Assembly (NCBI GenBank): GCA_964432405.1
Contig: CAYSNH010000003.1
Coordinates: 3,230 to 35,229, forward strand
Direction of reading: 5' to 3'
DNA from: an uncultured Candidatus Saccharibacteria bacterium
GTDB lineage: Bacteria; Patescibacteriota; Minisyncoccia; UBA6257; UBA11618
Length of the DNA stretch: 32,000 bases
Below, one piece after another: positions 1-10,365 of this stretch. The translations under genes and the position numbers were made by a program. The first letter of the stretch is position 1. Each line of letters begins with the position of its first letter. Under the pieces are notes generated by a model. That model was given only the letters and a program-made list of their open reading frames with translations, was not told where the DNA came from and searched no databases.

Positions 1-512
1 AAGCTATCTCTCGAGAAGCTGGTAGTAGGACGAAGTTCGCAGTCTTTTCTAGTGTAGAGGGTATAGATCCAGTTGGTTCCTGTGTTGGTCAGCGAGGAAT
101 GAGGGTAATGGCGGTCAGTAATGAGTTGGGTCAAGAGAAATTAGATATTATTGAATGGTCTGAAGACCCAGCTACTTTTATAGCTAACTCTTTATCACCA
201 GCTAAGGTAAAAATGGTAGAGATATTGCCTAAGAGAGAGGCTCAAGCCTTTGTTGCTGATGATCAACTCAGTTTAGCCATCGGAAAAGGTGGACAAAACG
301 TCCGTTTAGCGGCTAAAATAACCGGATGGAAAATAGACGTTCGTTCTCAGAGTAATCCAGAAGAGGTTCAGGAGAGTGGTGTTGCTGATGCAGTAGATGA
401 GCAGTCAAAAGAAGTAAGGGTAGAGGAAGAACAAGTAGGACCTGAAAAAGAGAAGGAGGTTGAAGTCGAGAAAATTCCTTCTGCAGAAGCGGAAGATAAA
501 AAAGAAGAATAA
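1..512 (+). CDS. nusA: Transcription termination/antitermination factor NusA, C-terminal part (5' end outside window)
   Basis: Frame 3 is open from the window edge (AISREAGSRTKFAVFSSVEGIDPVGSCVGQRGMRV...). KH-domain motif GKGGQNVRLAAKITGWKIDV is present, followed by an acidic tail. Confidence 0.85.
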   Translation, partial: AISREAGSRTKFAVFSSVEGIDPVGSCVGQRGMRVMAVSNELGQEKLDIIEWSEDPATFIANSLSPAKVKMVEILPKREAQAFVADDQLSLAIGKGGQNVRLAAKITGWKIDVRSQSNPEEVQESGVADAVDEQSKEVRVEEEQVGPEKEKEVEVEKIPSAEAEDKKEE

Positions 513-515
513 AAT

Positions 516-2495
516 ATGAATATAATAAACTATTTAATTTTTACTCCAATCGTAGCCGCTATAATTTATAGTATCTATACCACTTATTGGTTGCTTAATA
601 AGCCGACTGGTAATGAGAAGGTGCAAGAAATTGGTGGCGCTATTCAAGCAGGTGCTAAAGCTTATTTGAATCAGCAATATCGTACTTTGACGGTGGTGAT
701 TATTGTGCTCGCCGCATTAATTTATGCATTTATTGACTCTTTGACAGCGGTAGGTTTTCTATTAGGTGCGGTTGCCTCATCTGTTACTGGTTATATTGGT
801 ATGAATGTGGCCGTGCGAGCGAATACTCGAACAGCAGAGGCTGCTCGAAAGGGAATTAGCCCTTCATTAGCAATCGCTTTTAGGTCTGGTTCGGTAACTG
901 GATTTCTCGTGGTTGCTTTAGGGTTGTTATCTGTAACAGGATTTTATTTAGCTACTGATAGCATTAGTTCTATCGTTGGTCTTGGTTTTGGTGCGAGTTT
1001 AATTTCTATCTTTGCGCGTGTTGGCGGAGGTATTTTTACTAAAGCCGCTGATGTTGGTGCTGATTTAGTTGGTAAGGTGGAGGCTGGTATTCCAGAAGAT
1101 GATCCTCGTAATCCAGCTGTTATCGCTGACAATGTTGGTGACAACGTTGGTGATGTGGCAGGTATGGGAGCCGACCTTTTTGAATCATACGTAGGTTCTT
1201 TAATAGCGGCTATGATTTTAGGATCGGTTGCAGTAGCAACTTTTGGTGCTAACGTTGTTCTATTTCCACTCATGTTAGCTGGTCTTGGTATTGCAGCTAG
1301 TATCGTGGGAGTATTTTTAGTTAGAACTTCTGATCCTAATAAAATTAGCAAGGCTATGCACAACGGTATCTTTACCGCCGCCATTCTTTTTGCTGGAGGA
1401 GCTTACTTTCTCTCCAATAAGTTTATTGAAGGAGAGCCACTTAATATTTTTTGGTCAGTTATCACTGGTTTGGTAGCTGGTCTTCTAATTGGATTAATCA
1501 CCAACTACTACACTTCTAGTGAGTTTAGTCCTACCCGAGAAATTGCCGAGGCTTCTAAAACTGGTTCAGCTACTAATATTATTAGCGGCCTCTCTTACGG
1601 CATGATGTCTACCATCGCTCCAGTAGTTATTGTAGTAGCTACTATTCTTCTAGCGACTTGGTTAGCAGGTGTTTATGGTATTGCTGTCGCTGCAGTGGGC
1701 ATGCTCGCAACTCTTGGCATTACTTTGGCTTCTGATACTTATGGACCAGTGGCTGATAATGCAGCTGGTATTGCTGAGATGGCTGGCATGGGTGCTGATG
1801 TGAGGAAGACAGCTGAAACTTTAGATGCAGTTGGTAATACCACCGCCGCCATCGGCAAAGGATTTGCCATTGGGTCTGCCGCTCTAACATCATTAGCCTT
1901 GCTCGTATCCTTCTTTAAAGTTGCTGGCTTAGAAGTTGTTAACTTAGGTGACCCGGTAGTAATCGCTGGTCTATTTATCGGTGGTGTAATGCCATTCTTA
2001 TTCTCCGCTATGACAATGAAAGCTGTTGGTAAGGCGGCAATGAAGATTGTTAATGAGGTTCGTCGCCAATTTAAAGAGATTCCTGGCTTGATGGAAGGTG
2101 GTGGGAAGCCTGATTATAATAAGGCTGTTTCCATCGCTACCGATGCAGCTCTTCGTGAAATGATCCTACCCGGATTCTTGGCCGTTATTATTCCCGTGGC
2201 TGTTGGGTTTGGTTTTGGTGATCAAGGAGCTGAGGCTTTAGTCGGCTTGCTTATAGGAGCTCTTATTACCGGCTTCTTAATGGCTGTTATGATGGCTAAC
2301 GCTGGTGGTGCTTGGGATAATGCCAAGAAATACATTGAAGAGGGTAATCTTGGAGGCAAGGGTTCTGCTACTCATAAAGCCGCTGTTGTTGGTGATACGG
2401 TGGGAGATCCATTTAAAGATACCTCTGGACCAAGTCTTAATATTCTAATCAAGATTGTCAGCATTGTGGCTCTGATAATCGCTCCTCTACTCTAA
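516..2495 (+). CDS. hppA: Membrane-integral (V-type) inorganic pyrophosphatase, ion-pumping
   Basis: 659 aa, polytopic. Motifs [39 protein letters not shown] and [21 protein letters not shown] are diagnostic of the M-PPase family. Confidence 0.95.
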   Translation: MNIINYLIFTPIVAAIIYSIYTTYWLLNKPTGNEKVQEIGGAIQAGAKAYLNQQYRTLTVVIIVLAALIYAFIDSLTAVGFLLGAVASSVTGYIGMNVAVRANTRTAEAARKGISPSLAIAFRSGSVTGFLVVALGLLSVTGFYLATDSISSIVGLGFGASLISIFARVGGGIFTKAADVGADLVGKVEAGIPEDDPRNPAVIADNVGDNVGDVAGMGADLFESYVGSLIAAMILGSVAVATFGANVVLFPLMLAGLGIAASIVGVFLVRTSDPNKISKAMHNGIFTAAILFAGGAYFLSNKFIEGEPLNIFWSVITGLVAGLLIGLITNYYTSSEFSPTREIAEASKTGSATNIISGLSYGMMSTIAPVVIVVATILLATWLAGVYGIAVAAVGMLATLGITLASDTYGPVADNAAGIAEMAGMGADVRKTAETLDAVGNTTAAIGKGFAIGSAALTSLALLVSFFKVAGLEVVNLGDPVVIAGLFIGGVMPFLFSAMTMKAVGKAAMKIVNEVRRQFKEIPGLMEGGGKPDYNKAVSIATDAALREMILPGFLAVIIPVAVGFGFGDQGAEALVGLLIGALITGFLMAVMMANAGGAWDNAKKYIEEGNLGGKGSATHKAAVVGDTVGDPFKDTSGPSLNILIKIVSIVALIIAPLL

Positions 2496-2497
2496 CT

Positions 2498-3709
2498 ATG
2501 AAACATACAATTAATAAAAAGCCTGGCTCAATAATAGAGCTGGGCGTTGAACTAACTAAAGATGAATTTCAGGAGTATTGGCAAAAAGCTTCTGATCAAG
2601 CTGCCTCAAAGGTAGATCTTAAAGGTTTTCGTAAAGGTCATGTTCCTAAAGAATTAGCCGAACAATCAATTGATAAAGAAAAGGTTTTTGAAGTAGCTGC
2701 TCAAGAAGCGGTTCGTTCAAGTTTAAATAGCTTAGTTAAAGAAAACGAGTGGACTTTAGTATCTCAGCCGGAGATAGAGATCACCTCCAGTGTTGATGGA
2801 TTAAAATATAAAGGAATAATAACAACCTTTCCTGAAGTTAAGCTCGGTGATTATAAAAAAATTGCTGCTAATGAAATGAAAGAAGCTAAAGCCAAATTAG
2901 AGAGTGTGAAAGTTGAGGAAGATGAGGTTGAAAAATCTCTTGAGTGGCTTCGCAATTCTAGATCTCAAATTACAGCTGTTAATAGAGAAGCTAAAAAAGG
3001 CGATGTAGTTAAAATTGATTACGAGGTTAATGGTGAAAAAAGCTCTGACCAGTTTGTTTTAGGGGAGGGTAAGTTCTTGCCTGGTTTTGAGGCTAATATT
3101 ATAGATCACAAGGCTGGTGATGAAGAGTCTTTTCAATTAACCATTCCAGAGGATTATTGGAAAGAAGATATGCGTGGCAAGAAGCTTGATTTCAAAGTTA
3201 ATTTAAAAGAGGTTTTTGAAAGAAAAGTGCCAGAAATGGATGATAAATTTGCAGAGGCTTTAGGAAAGTTCAAAACCGTTGCCGAACTGAAGGAAAATGT
3301 TAAGAAGGGTATTCTTGATGAGAAGCAAGCTCAAGCAAAAGAAAAAGCTCATATCAAAATAATTGATGAGGTGGTTAGCGCCTCTGAAATTGAGCCACCT
3401 CAGGTTATGATCGACAGAACTCTTGATGGTCTAGTTAAGGAATCAGAAGCTACCTGGAAGAATAGTGGTAAGTCTGAGGAGGAGGTTAGAAAAGATCTTG
3501 AGCCAACTGCTAAGAAAAGAGTTTTATCTCATTTGGTGATTTATAAAATAGCTGAGCAAGAAAATCTTAATCCAACAGAGGAAGATTTAAAACAAGAAAT
3601 TCAAAAATATAATCACGAGCAAATCTCACTTGATAATCAGAAATTTTATGATTACATTTATGGCGTAATACAAAATAAAAAAGTTTTTGAATTTTTTAAT
3701 AATCAATAA
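2498..3709 (+). CDS. tig: Trigger factor (ribosome-associated chaperone)
   Basis: 403 aa. Has N-terminal ribosome-binding GFRKGHVP motif and a central FKBP-like region ([10 protein letters not shown]...FLPGFE). Classic position directly upstream of clpP. Confidence 0.85.
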   Translation: MKHTINKKPGSIIELGVELTKDEFQEYWQKASDQAASKVDLKGFRKGHVPKELAEQSIDKEKVFEVAAQEAVRSSLNSLVKENEWTLVSQPEIEITSSVDGLKYKGIITTFPEVKLGDYKKIAANEMKEAKAKLESVKVEEDEVEKSLEWLRNSRSQITAVNREAKKGDVVKIDYEVNGEKSSDQFVLGEGKFLPGFEANIIDHKAGDEESFQLTIPEDYWKEDMRGKKLDFKVNLKEVFERKVPEMDDKFAEALGKFKTVAELKENVKKGILDEKQAQAKEKAHIKIIDEVVSASEIEPPQVMIDRTLDGLVKESEATWKNSGKSEEEVRKDLEPTAKKRVLSHLVIYKIAEQENLNPTEEDLKQEIQKYNHEQISLDNQKFYDYIYGVIQNKKVFEFFNNQ

Positions 3710-3711
3710 GC

Positions 3712-4311
3712 ATGAATAAAGAAACTCAAAACTATCTTATTCCTACAGTAGTTGAAAAATCAGCTAATGGTGAAAGAGCTTACGACATATATTCTCGATT
3801 ACTTAAAGAGAGGATTATCTTTTTAGCTGGACCAGTAACTGATGCTTTAGCTAATACGGTTATCGCTCAACTTCTATTCTTAGAGCACCAGGATCCTAAA
3901 AAGGATATTAAGCTTTACATCAACACTCCTGGAGGATCGGTTACTGCCGGAATGGCTATTTATGATACCATGCAATATGTTAAACCGGATGTTCATACTA
4001 TCTGTATCGGCTTAGCTGCCTCTATGGGAGCCGTTTTACTAGCTTCTGGTACCAAGGGTAAAAGAAGCGCTCTTCCTAACTCTGAGGTCATGCTACACCA
4101 GGTTATGGGAGGTGCTGAGGGTCAGGCTGTTGATATTGACATCGCTGCTAGGCACATCTTAAAGATCAAGGATAAGCTGAATCATATTTTGGTCAATCAC
4201 ACAGGTCAATCTTTTTCTAAAATAGAAAAGGACACTGATAGGGACTTTTATCTTTCTGCTGAGGAGGCTAAAAAATATGGTCTTGTAGACGAGATTGTTA
4301 GTAAGGGCTAA
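3712..4311 (+). CDS. clpP: ATP-dependent Clp protease proteolytic subunit
   Basis: 199 aa. Contains [34 protein letters not shown], the active-site Ser context [11 protein letters not shown], and HQ...G. Confidence 0.95.
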   Translation: MNKETQNYLIPTVVEKSANGERAYDIYSRLLKERIIFLAGPVTDALANTVIAQLLFLEHQDPKKDIKLYINTPGGSVTAGMAIYDTMQYVKPDVHTICIGLAASMGAVLLASGTKGKRSALPNSEVMLHQVMGGAEGQAVDIDIAARHILKIKDKLNHILVNHTGQSFSKIEKDTDRDFYLSAEEAKKYGLVDEIVSKG

Positions 4312-4322
4312 AATATATTCAT

Positions 4323-5465
4323 ATGCCTATTTCTAATAAAGAACTTCTTTCTCGAGGCGTCGAGGAGGTTATTAATAAGACTGACTTACAAAAACAAATT
4401 AAGTCCAAGAAGATAAGGGTTAAGTTGGGAATCGATCCTACCGCCCCCGATCTTCATCTTGGTCATCTTGTTGCCTTAAGAAAACTTAAACAGTTTCAAG
4501 ATGCTGGTCACAAGGTTGTTTTAATTATAGGTGACTTCACAGCTATGATTGGTGATCCAACTGACAGAGTTGGTGCTCGTGAATCTTTAACTTCGGCTCA
4601 AGTAAAGAAAAATATGAGACACTACCTTGATCAAGCGGGAAAGATTCTTAATTTAAAAAAAGTTGAGATTAAACATAATAGCCAATGGTTTAAAAAAATA
4701 GATTTCAAAAATCTTTTAGACCTCATGTCCTCCTTTACAGTTCAGCAACTAATAGAGAGAGAGGATTTTTCAAAAAGGATTAAAGAGGGAAAGCCGGTTA
4801 GTTACCATGAATTAATATATCCTATTATGCAGGCTTATGACTCAGTAGTCGTTAAGGCTGATTTAGAAATTGGCGGAAGAGATCAGCGATTAAATATTTT
4901 AGCTGGTAGAGATTTGATGAGTAAGTCAGACATGAAGCCACAGAACGTTCTTACCCTTCCTTTATTAGAAGGAACTGACGGAAAAAGAAAGATGAGTAAG
5001 AGTTTTGATAATTACATCGGCATCAGTGATAAGCCTAATGATATGTTTGGCAAGATAATGTCTATCCCCGACTCTTTAATGCCAAAGTATTTTGAATTAC
5101 TAACGGACCTTAAAATGCCAAGGTCTAAGGATGGGCGTAAAAATAAGCTGTTACTTGCTAAAACTATCACAGCAACTTTGCATAATAAAAAAATGGCTGA
5201 TAAGGCCGAGGATCATTTTATTAAAGTTTTTTCTAAAAAAGAACAACCAACCGATATTGTTAAGTTAAAAATAAAAGCTAAGAAAATTAATTTAGTAGAC
5301 TTATTGATCAAGGCGGGCGTTAAGAGTAAGAGTGAGGCAAGGCGCTTGATTGATCAGGGAGGTGTTAGGATTGACAAAGAAGTTAAAAAAGGGTATAATA
5401 CTAAGACTTCAATCAAAGGAGGATCTGTCCTTCAGATTGGGAAGCGAAAGTTCTTTGAATTGTAG
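4323..5465 (+). CDS. tyrS: Tyrosyl-tRNA synthetase (class I, with C-terminal S4-like domain)
   Basis: 380 aa. HIGH-type motif PDLHLGHLV, KMSKS motif, and a C-terminal S4-like KSEARRLIDQGGVRID. Confidence 0.9.
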   Translation: MPISNKELLSRGVEEVINKTDLQKQIKSKKIRVKLGIDPTAPDLHLGHLVALRKLKQFQDAGHKVVLIIGDFTAMIGDPTDRVGARESLTSAQVKKNMRHYLDQAGKILNLKKVEIKHNSQWFKKIDFKNLLDLMSSFTVQQLIEREDFSKRIKEGKPVSYHELIYPIMQAYDSVVVKADLEIGGRDQRLNILAGRDLMSKSDMKPQNVLTLPLLEGTDGKRKMSKSFDNYIGISDKPNDMFGKIMSIPDSLMPKYFELLTDLKMPRSKDGRKNKLLLAKTITATLHNKKMADKAEDHFIKVFSKKEQPTDIVKLKIKAKKINLVDLLIKAGVKSKSEARRLIDQGGVRIDKEVKKGYNTKTSIKGGSVLQIGKRKFFEL

Positions 5466-5603
5466 GAGTTAGTCAGTGACAAGCGAAAGATTTATCATGA
5501 TCGTCACTTTCATCAGCATTCTTTTTTTGGTTATGGATGTCCTTAGCGAAAGAAAAGGTTGATGGAACATCTCTCACGTAGCTCTAGATGAAAAGGAAGG
5601 CCA

Positions 5604-5870
5604 ATGTTTACCGAGCTTGAAAGTAGAGTAAGAGTGTCTCTGATCCTCAATCCAAATCATGGAGCGATTGTTGTTACAACTTTCGAGGATCTGGATACTA
5701 GCTTTATTCCAATGGGATCTGAAGAGCTGGCTTACGAGGTCACAAAGAAAAAGTATCCTCTGGCCAATGGAGCTGCCTTGCGTGCTCCAGAGGTGGCTGA
5801 GATGACAGAAAGAATGAAAAGAGAGACAGCTCCAAAGATCGAAAATGGAACTTATAGATCTGGCAACTGA
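5604..5870 (+). CDS. Hypothetical small protein (88 aa), no recognisable family
   Basis: AGGAAGG sits just upstream of the ATG. A perfect 12-bp-stem intrinsic terminator follows. About 44% GC by hand count, against about 35% in neighbouring genes. Confidence 0.55.
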   Translation: MFTELESRVRVSLILNPNHGAIVVTTFEDLDTSFIPMGSEELAYEVTKKKYPLANGAALRAPEVAEMTERMKRETAPKIENGTYRSGN

Positions 5871-5886
5871 GAGTTGGTTCAAGATC

Positions 5887-5918
5887 ATCCCCCTTATAAT
5901 CGTATAAGGGGGATTTTT
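5887..5918 (+). terminator. Rho-independent terminator after the 88-aa ORF
   Basis: atcccccttata / tataagggggat form a perfect 12-bp stem with loop atcg, followed by TTTTT. Confidence 0.8.
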
Positions 5919-5924
5919 AATTTG

Positions 5925-5996
5925 AGCAGGAGACGGGGATCGAACCCGCGACCTTCTCGTTGGCAACGAGATGTTCTACCACTGAACTACTCCTGC
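5925..5996 (-). tRNA. tRNA-Gly (anticodon GCC), no encoded CCA
   Basis: Hand-folded cloverleaf: acceptor GCAGGAG/CTCCTGC, anticodon arm TCTCG-TTGCCAA-CGAGA, T-loop TTCGATC. Confidence 0.85.
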
Positions 5997-5998
5997 TT

Positions 5999-6214
5999 TT
6001 AATTTTGAGGCGGTGCTTCGGTTGGTCCTTTAACGTTAGGAGGGCCGGTAGGGCCTTCAAAGTTCTTTTGGGAGCTTTCAGGACCTTGGAAGTCTGATTC
6101 TGGAGTTGGTTGAGGCGCAGAAGAAAAGGGAAAGAAAAATACCGTATAGCTAAGAATAAAAACTAAAATCAAAAAAACAACTACTACTATTTTGAACACC
6201 TCCTTTTTCTTCAT
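5999..6214 (-). CDS. Small membrane-anchored Pro-rich protein (71 aa), hypothetical
   Basis: One N-terminal TM helix (IVVVVFLILVFILSYTVFFF) followed by a P/G/E-rich tail. Upstream there is a plausible promoter-like TTGTCA...ATAATA and a GAAAGG RBS. Lies between two tRNA genes. Confidence 0.45.
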   Translation of the reverse strand: MKKKEVFKIVVVVFLILVFILSYTVFFFPFSSAPQPTPESDFQGPESSQKNFEGPTGPPNVKGPTEAPPQN

Positions 6215-6272
6215 ACCTTTCTATTATATATAAAATATTGCTTTTGACAATAAATAAGATAAAAGTGAATGT

Positions 6273-6347
6273 TGGTGCACCCGCGAGGAATCGAACCTCG
6301 ATCTTAGGATCCGCAATCCTACGTTCTATCCGTTGAACTACGGGTGC
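6273..6347 (-). tRNA. tRNA-Arg (anticodon GCG), CCA encoded
   Basis: Reverse complement is GCACCCG TA GTTC AACGGATA GAAC G TAGGA TTGCGGA TCCTA AGAT CGAGG TTCGATT CCTCG CGGGTGC A CCA. The anticodon loop reads U33-GCG-G37. Confidence 0.8.
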
Positions 6348-6791
6348 TTAAAAACCTATCTTCCTACTTACAATTTCTGAGAGAGGTTCTTCGTAATCAA
6401 AATCTGGCAATATGTGATCTAGATGATCCTCAATCTTATCCCTGTCTTCTCGATCAATCATCGCTTTTACATAACTATTGAGTAGATCCTTATTCTTAAA
6501 GACTAGAAGTTGATTGTCAATATAGAACTCAGAAAACCTCTCTAGTTCATAGGCTTTATCATCGGCTATAAAATGATCATCTGTTAAGCTGTAGCTGATT
6601 GTTCGAGGTTCTTGTTTGGCCCAATAAACTACCATGATTGTAGCAATAATTATAAAGATCGCTAACAATAAATTTTTTTGCCAGAAAGCTATTAGTGTAA
6701 TAACAATACCTATTAATACAGTTGATAGATACCAAGAGAAACTCTTTTTTCTATATTCAAATTCTAAAGATTCCCATTTAATTTCTGACAT
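6348..6791 (-). CDS. Hypothetical membrane protein (2 TM helices plus a soluble C-terminal domain)
   Basis: Start chosen at MSEIKWESLEFEYRKK (internal Met of the 6348-6827 ORF), which reduces the overlap with ddl to 14 nt. TM helices WYLSTVLIGIVITLIAF and LLLAIFIIIATIMVVYW. The stop codon abuts tRNA-Arg. Confidence 0.6.
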   Translation of the reverse strand: MSEIKWESLEFEYRKKSFSWYLSTVLIGIVITLIAFWQKNLLLAIFIIIATIMVVYWAKQEPRTISYSLTDDHFIADDKAYELERFSEFYIDNQLLVFKNKDLLNSYVKAMIDREDRDKIEDHLDHILPDFDYEEPLSEIVSRKIGF

Positions 6792-7737
6792 TGCCAATAA
6801 TAATATCAAGAAGTTTTGGGAAATCAATGCCGGCTTTTTTAGCGGCCTGAGGTAGTAGGCTGGTTTTAGTTAGGCCAGGAAGGGTATTAACTTCTAGAAA
6901 ATAAACTCGATTATCTTTGTCCATAAGAAAATCTACCCGAGAATAACTAGAACAGCCAAGAGATTTATGAGCTAGAACAGCTTTTTCTTGAATTAGTTGA
7001 ATCAACTCTTTGGGTAGGTTGGGAGGAGTTATCTCTTTTGAGGCCCCAGGAGTATACTTGGCTTTAAAATTAAAAAACTTTTGTTTTTTAGGAATTATCT
7101 CGGTTGGAGGTAGGGCGCTAGCTTTGCCATTTTGCTCAATGACGCTACAGGTAAATTCTCTACCTTTAATATATTTTTGAACCATCACTTTGTTGCTGTA
7201 TTGAAGAGAGTCATTAATAGCTGGCGCCAGTTTACCAATAGTCCTTACAACACTAGCACCAACACTAGATCCAAGATCAACAGGCTTAACTACCACCGGC
7301 AAGCCTAATTTTAATAAGCTATTCCAACTAACTTTCATATTGCCTTTTTTGAAAGTCACAAAAGGGGGAGAGGTTAACCCAACCTTCTCCAGAGCTTTAG
7401 ATGCTCGGGCTTTATCCATGGCCAATTTACTAGCCTTTTGATCAGAGCCAGTATAAGGAATGTTATTTTTTTTCAATAAAGATTGAATACGACCATCTTC
7501 ACCATACTCTCCGTGCATAGCAATGAATGCCACATCACAATCCAAGTCCTTTGGTTTAATAGGCCACTTATTATCTTTGGTAATAACGACAGGCTCTACC
7601 TGATAAGATCTCTTATCAAGATTTTTAACCACCATTTTACCACTCCACAAAGAAACCTCGTGCTCAGAAGAGGGGCCGCCCATCAAAACGACGACCTTCT
7701 TTTTTCTACCAAAAATATTAGATAAAGCTTTAATCAT
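6778..7737 (-). CDS. ddl: D-alanine--D-alanine ligase
   Basis: 319 aa. Contains VVLMGGPSSEHEVSLWSG, FIAMHGEYGEDGRIQSLL, VVKPVDLGSSVG and SRVDFLMD...YFLEVNTLPGLT (ATP-grasp). Confidence 0.92.
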   Translation of the reverse strand: MIKALSNIFGRKKKVVVLMGGPSSEHEVSLWSGKMVVKNLDKRSYQVEPVVITKDNKWPIKPKDLDCDVAFIAMHGEYGEDGRIQSLLKKNNIPYTGSDQKASKLAMDKARASKALEKVGLTSPPFVTFKKGNMKVSWNSLLKLGLPVVVKPVDLGSSVGASVVRTIGKLAPAINDSLQYSNKVMVQKYIKGREFTCSVIEQNGKASALPPTEIIPKKQKFFNFKAKYTPGASKEITPPNLPKELIQLIQEKAVLAHKSLGCSSYSRVDFLMDKDNRVYFLEVNTLPGLTKTSLLPQAAKKAGIDFPKLLDIIIGNVRN

Positions 7738-7739
7738 AA

Positions 7740-9326
7740 TTACATCTTTTTCGGCACCTTAATGCCTAATAATGCTAATCCGTTTTTTATAGTTTTAGCA
7801 ACCGACGCCACAAGCATCAATCTGGTTTTAATTTTATTAGATTCATCAGCAGCTAATACGGGGTCAAAGTTGTAGAAGCGGTTAAACTCCTGGACTAGAT
7901 CATTAAGATAGTTAGCGATTAGATGAGGCTCGTTTAATAGCTGGGATTGTTTAATTATTTCTGGATATTGAGCTAACAACTTAACCAACTTGATTTCCCT
8001 TTCAGTCTTAATAACTATTTTACCATTAATCTTCTTTTGCTTCGCTTTTTTTAGAATGCTTTGAGCTCTTACATACCCATACTGAATATATGGAGCACTA
8101 TCACCCTCCAGATTAAGAGTCTTTTTCCAATCAAAGTTAATAGCTCTATTACGTCTCTGAGAGACTGTGTTATATACCAATGCTCCTAGACCAATGATCT
8201 TATTCTTTTTTGTACGATGAAGAGTTTCTTTAATAACATCATTAAGAAAAATAGTTCGGCCAGCTCTGGTAGAGGCCTTCTTACCTTTAATAGTTATGAG
8301 GTTGTAGCTGATATGTTCCAACTTTCCAGCATCGTAACCTAATAACTCCAAAGTTTTGAAAATCTGTTTGAAATATAACTCTTGCTCATGACCAACTACA
8401 TATAATATTCGAGCTGGCTTATTATTTTTAAGTCGCCACTTAGCAGCTGCTAAATCTCTTCCAGCATAAAGAGTTGATCCATCGGCTTTTTGTAATATAT
8501 AGGAGGGGAGCTTATGTTTTTCTAGATCAACAACAATAGCGCCATCCTCTTCTTTTGTAGCAACGCCCTTTTTCAGAGCTTCTTTAATAATTTTTTCGGA
8601 TTCTTTTTGATAAAAGCTTTCTCCTTGCCAAAGATCAAACTCCATATCGAACTCTTTATATATTTTTTTAAACTCTTTAATGCTGTGTGTTCTGAATTTA
8701 TCCCAAAGCTTCTCTAATTTTTTGTCACCCGCTTCTAATTTAGTAAAAAGATCACGAGCTTCTTGTTCTAGCTTTTTATTTTTCTCACACTGCTTATTAA
8801 TTCGAACGTAAAGCTTATATAAGTTCTCAACCGTTATCGGTTTTGGGCCCCATTTTTGCCAGGCTAAAATTAATCTTCCAAATTGAGTTCCCCAATCACC
8901 AATATGATTAACGGTAGTCACCTTATTACCGCGAGCTTTGTAGATGTTTTCTAAGGCGTGACCAATAACATTGTTTCTAAGGTGGCCAATGTGCATTGGC
9001 TTTGCAACATTAGGGCTAGAATATTCTATTAAAATCTTTTTACCATCTTTCGCCCAACCATATTCATTACCAGCTTTCTCAATATCATTGAATACTTGTT
9101 TAGCCAAAAGATTTTTATTCAAAATCAAATTAACATAACGTCCCTCGATCTTTATCTCCTCAATCAAAGGGAGCTTCAATCTTTTTATTTTACTAGCTAT
9201 TTTTTTTGGATCTTCTCTAAAACAAGGAATTGCTAAATCCGCCTCAATCTCTGCAGGCGGGAATTTTATTTGTAGTGATTCTGGCAGAGCCAGCTTTTTC
9301 TTTAACTTATCTAGGGTGTAAGTCAT
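7740..9326 (-). CDS. argS: Arginyl-tRNA synthetase
   Basis: 528 aa. Contains EYSSPNVAKPMHIGHLRN (HIGH region) and a C-terminal DALR-type anticodon-binding region. Confidence 0.92.
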   Translation of the reverse strand: MTYTLDKLKKKLALPESLQIKFPPAEIEADLAIPCFREDPKKIASKIKRLKLPLIEEIKIEGRYVNLILNKNLLAKQVFNDIEKAGNEYGWAKDGKKILIEYSSPNVAKPMHIGHLRNNVIGHALENIYKARGNKVTTVNHIGDWGTQFGRLILAWQKWGPKPITVENLYKLYVRINKQCEKNKKLEQEARDLFTKLEAGDKKLEKLWDKFRTHSIKEFKKIYKEFDMEFDLWQGESFYQKESEKIIKEALKKGVATKEEDGAIVVDLEKHKLPSYILQKADGSTLYAGRDLAAAKWRLKNNKPARILYVVGHEQELYFKQIFKTLELLGYDAGKLEHISYNLITIKGKKASTRAGRTIFLNDVIKETLHRTKKNKIIGLGALVYNTVSQRRNRAINFDWKKTLNLEGDSAPYIQYGYVRAQSILKKAKQKKINGKIVIKTEREIKLVKLLAQYPEIIKQSQLLNEPHLIANYLNDLVQEFNRFYNFDPVLAADESNKIKTRLMLVASVAKTIKNGLALLGIKVPKKM

Positions 9327-9378
9327 AACGTGATATTTAAATTATTACCTTTTTCTGAGATTCGCGCCACTTTATAAG

Positions 9379-10293
9379 TTAGCGATTGCGTAATATCTGA
9401 ACCCTCTCTTTTGTTGGTGGGTGAGTGAGAAATAATTTATGAATATTAGTTGCCAAATTCTTTTTCTTCATTCCTTTGAAGGGGTCGCTTATCCAAAGAT
9501 GAGCTGAAGCGTTGTTAGCTACTTTCATAGGGGTGGCATGAGAAGATATTTTTTCTAAAGCAGAGGCTAATCCTTCTGGATTGCCAGTGATAATCGATCC
9601 AGAAGAGTCAGCCAAGAACTCTCTTTTTCTAGAAACGGCTAATCTCATTAGGGTGGCGCCAATAGGAGCCAGAATAGCTCCAACAAGAGCAAGTATTAAA
9701 ACAGCTCCACCAGCATTGTTACGATCATCTCGACTGATACTTCCCCAGATCAGTGAGCGAAGAAATATATCAGAAAGAATTGTAATGAATCCAGCTAAGA
9801 CTACCGCCATGGTAGAGACTAGCATGTCTCGGTTTTTAATATGAGATAACTCATGAGCTAATACTCCTTCCAGCTCTTTCTTATCAAGTGCTTGTATCAA
9901 TCCTTTCGTGACCGCTACCACAGAATTTTTATAATCTCTGCCAGTAGCAAAAGCATTAGGAGCTTCTTCATCTACTATATACAACTTCGGCAAAGGAAGA
10001 TTGGCCTTTTGACAAAGATTAACTATCATCTCATGAATTTCAGGGTATCTTTCTTTATCAAGAGGCTTAGCTTTTGTCATAGTTAGTACTAACTTGTCAG
10101 AAAACCAGTAACTAAAAAAACTCATTAGAATGCTAAGTCCCACCGCAAAATATAATATAGTGGAATTACCAAAATACTGAGAAAATATATAACCCGCACC
10201 AATGACGATAATAAAGAAATAAAAAAAGAGAGACCAGGTTTTAAATATATTAATATTTGCCTGTTTTTTTAATGAAAATAGATTGTTTTGCAT
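9379..10293 (-). CDS. htpX: Zinc metalloprotease HtpX (peptidase M48)
   Basis: 304 aa. N-terminal TM helices, HEXXH motif in LAHELSHIKNRD, and a downstream E in REFLADS. Confidence 0.9.
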   Translation of the reverse strand: MQNNLFSLKKQANINIFKTWSLFFYFFIIVIGAGYIFSQYFGNSTILYFAVGLSILMSFFSYWFSDKLVLTMTKAKPLDKERYPEIHEMIVNLCQKANLPLPKLYIVDEEAPNAFATGRDYKNSVVAVTKGLIQALDKKELEGVLAHELSHIKNRDMLVSTMAVVLAGFITILSDIFLRSLIWGSISRDDRNNAGGAVLILALVGAILAPIGATLMRLAVSRKREFLADSSGSIITGNPEGLASALEKISSHATPMKVANNASAHLWISDPFKGMKKKNLATNIHKLFLTHPPTKERVQILRNR

Positions 10294-10365
10294 GCGAATA
10301 TTATAAACTGTTTGTTCATTTAGTCAAAATTGATTTATAAAAATAAAAGAAGTATTATCGGAGCA

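Noticed and set aside
944-1384. 146-aa ORF antisense to hppA
   Set aside because: It lies entirely inside a confidently identified M-PPase gene on the opposite strand. Its low-complexity A/P/S/T-rich translation is typical of a shadow ORF of a Gly/Ala-rich gene.
516-2495. High GC of hppA as a sign of horizontal transfer
   Set aside because: The elevated GC is explained by the Gly/Ala/Val-rich membrane protein composition. The gene is embedded in an operon with 2-3 nt spacers, so it is not treated as an islet.
5574-5966. 130-aa ORF on the - strand
   Set aside because: Its N-terminus is read through tRNA-Gly (5925-5996) and the rest is antisense to the 88-aa ORF. The 88-aa ORF has an RBS and a + strand terminator, so this looks like a shadow ORF.
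10330-10365. TTG start extending the methyltransferase ORF by 12 codons
   Set aside because: The ATG at 10366 has a GGAG Shine-Dalgarno 4 nt upstream. The TTG at 10330 has none and lies in promoter-like AT-rich sequence.
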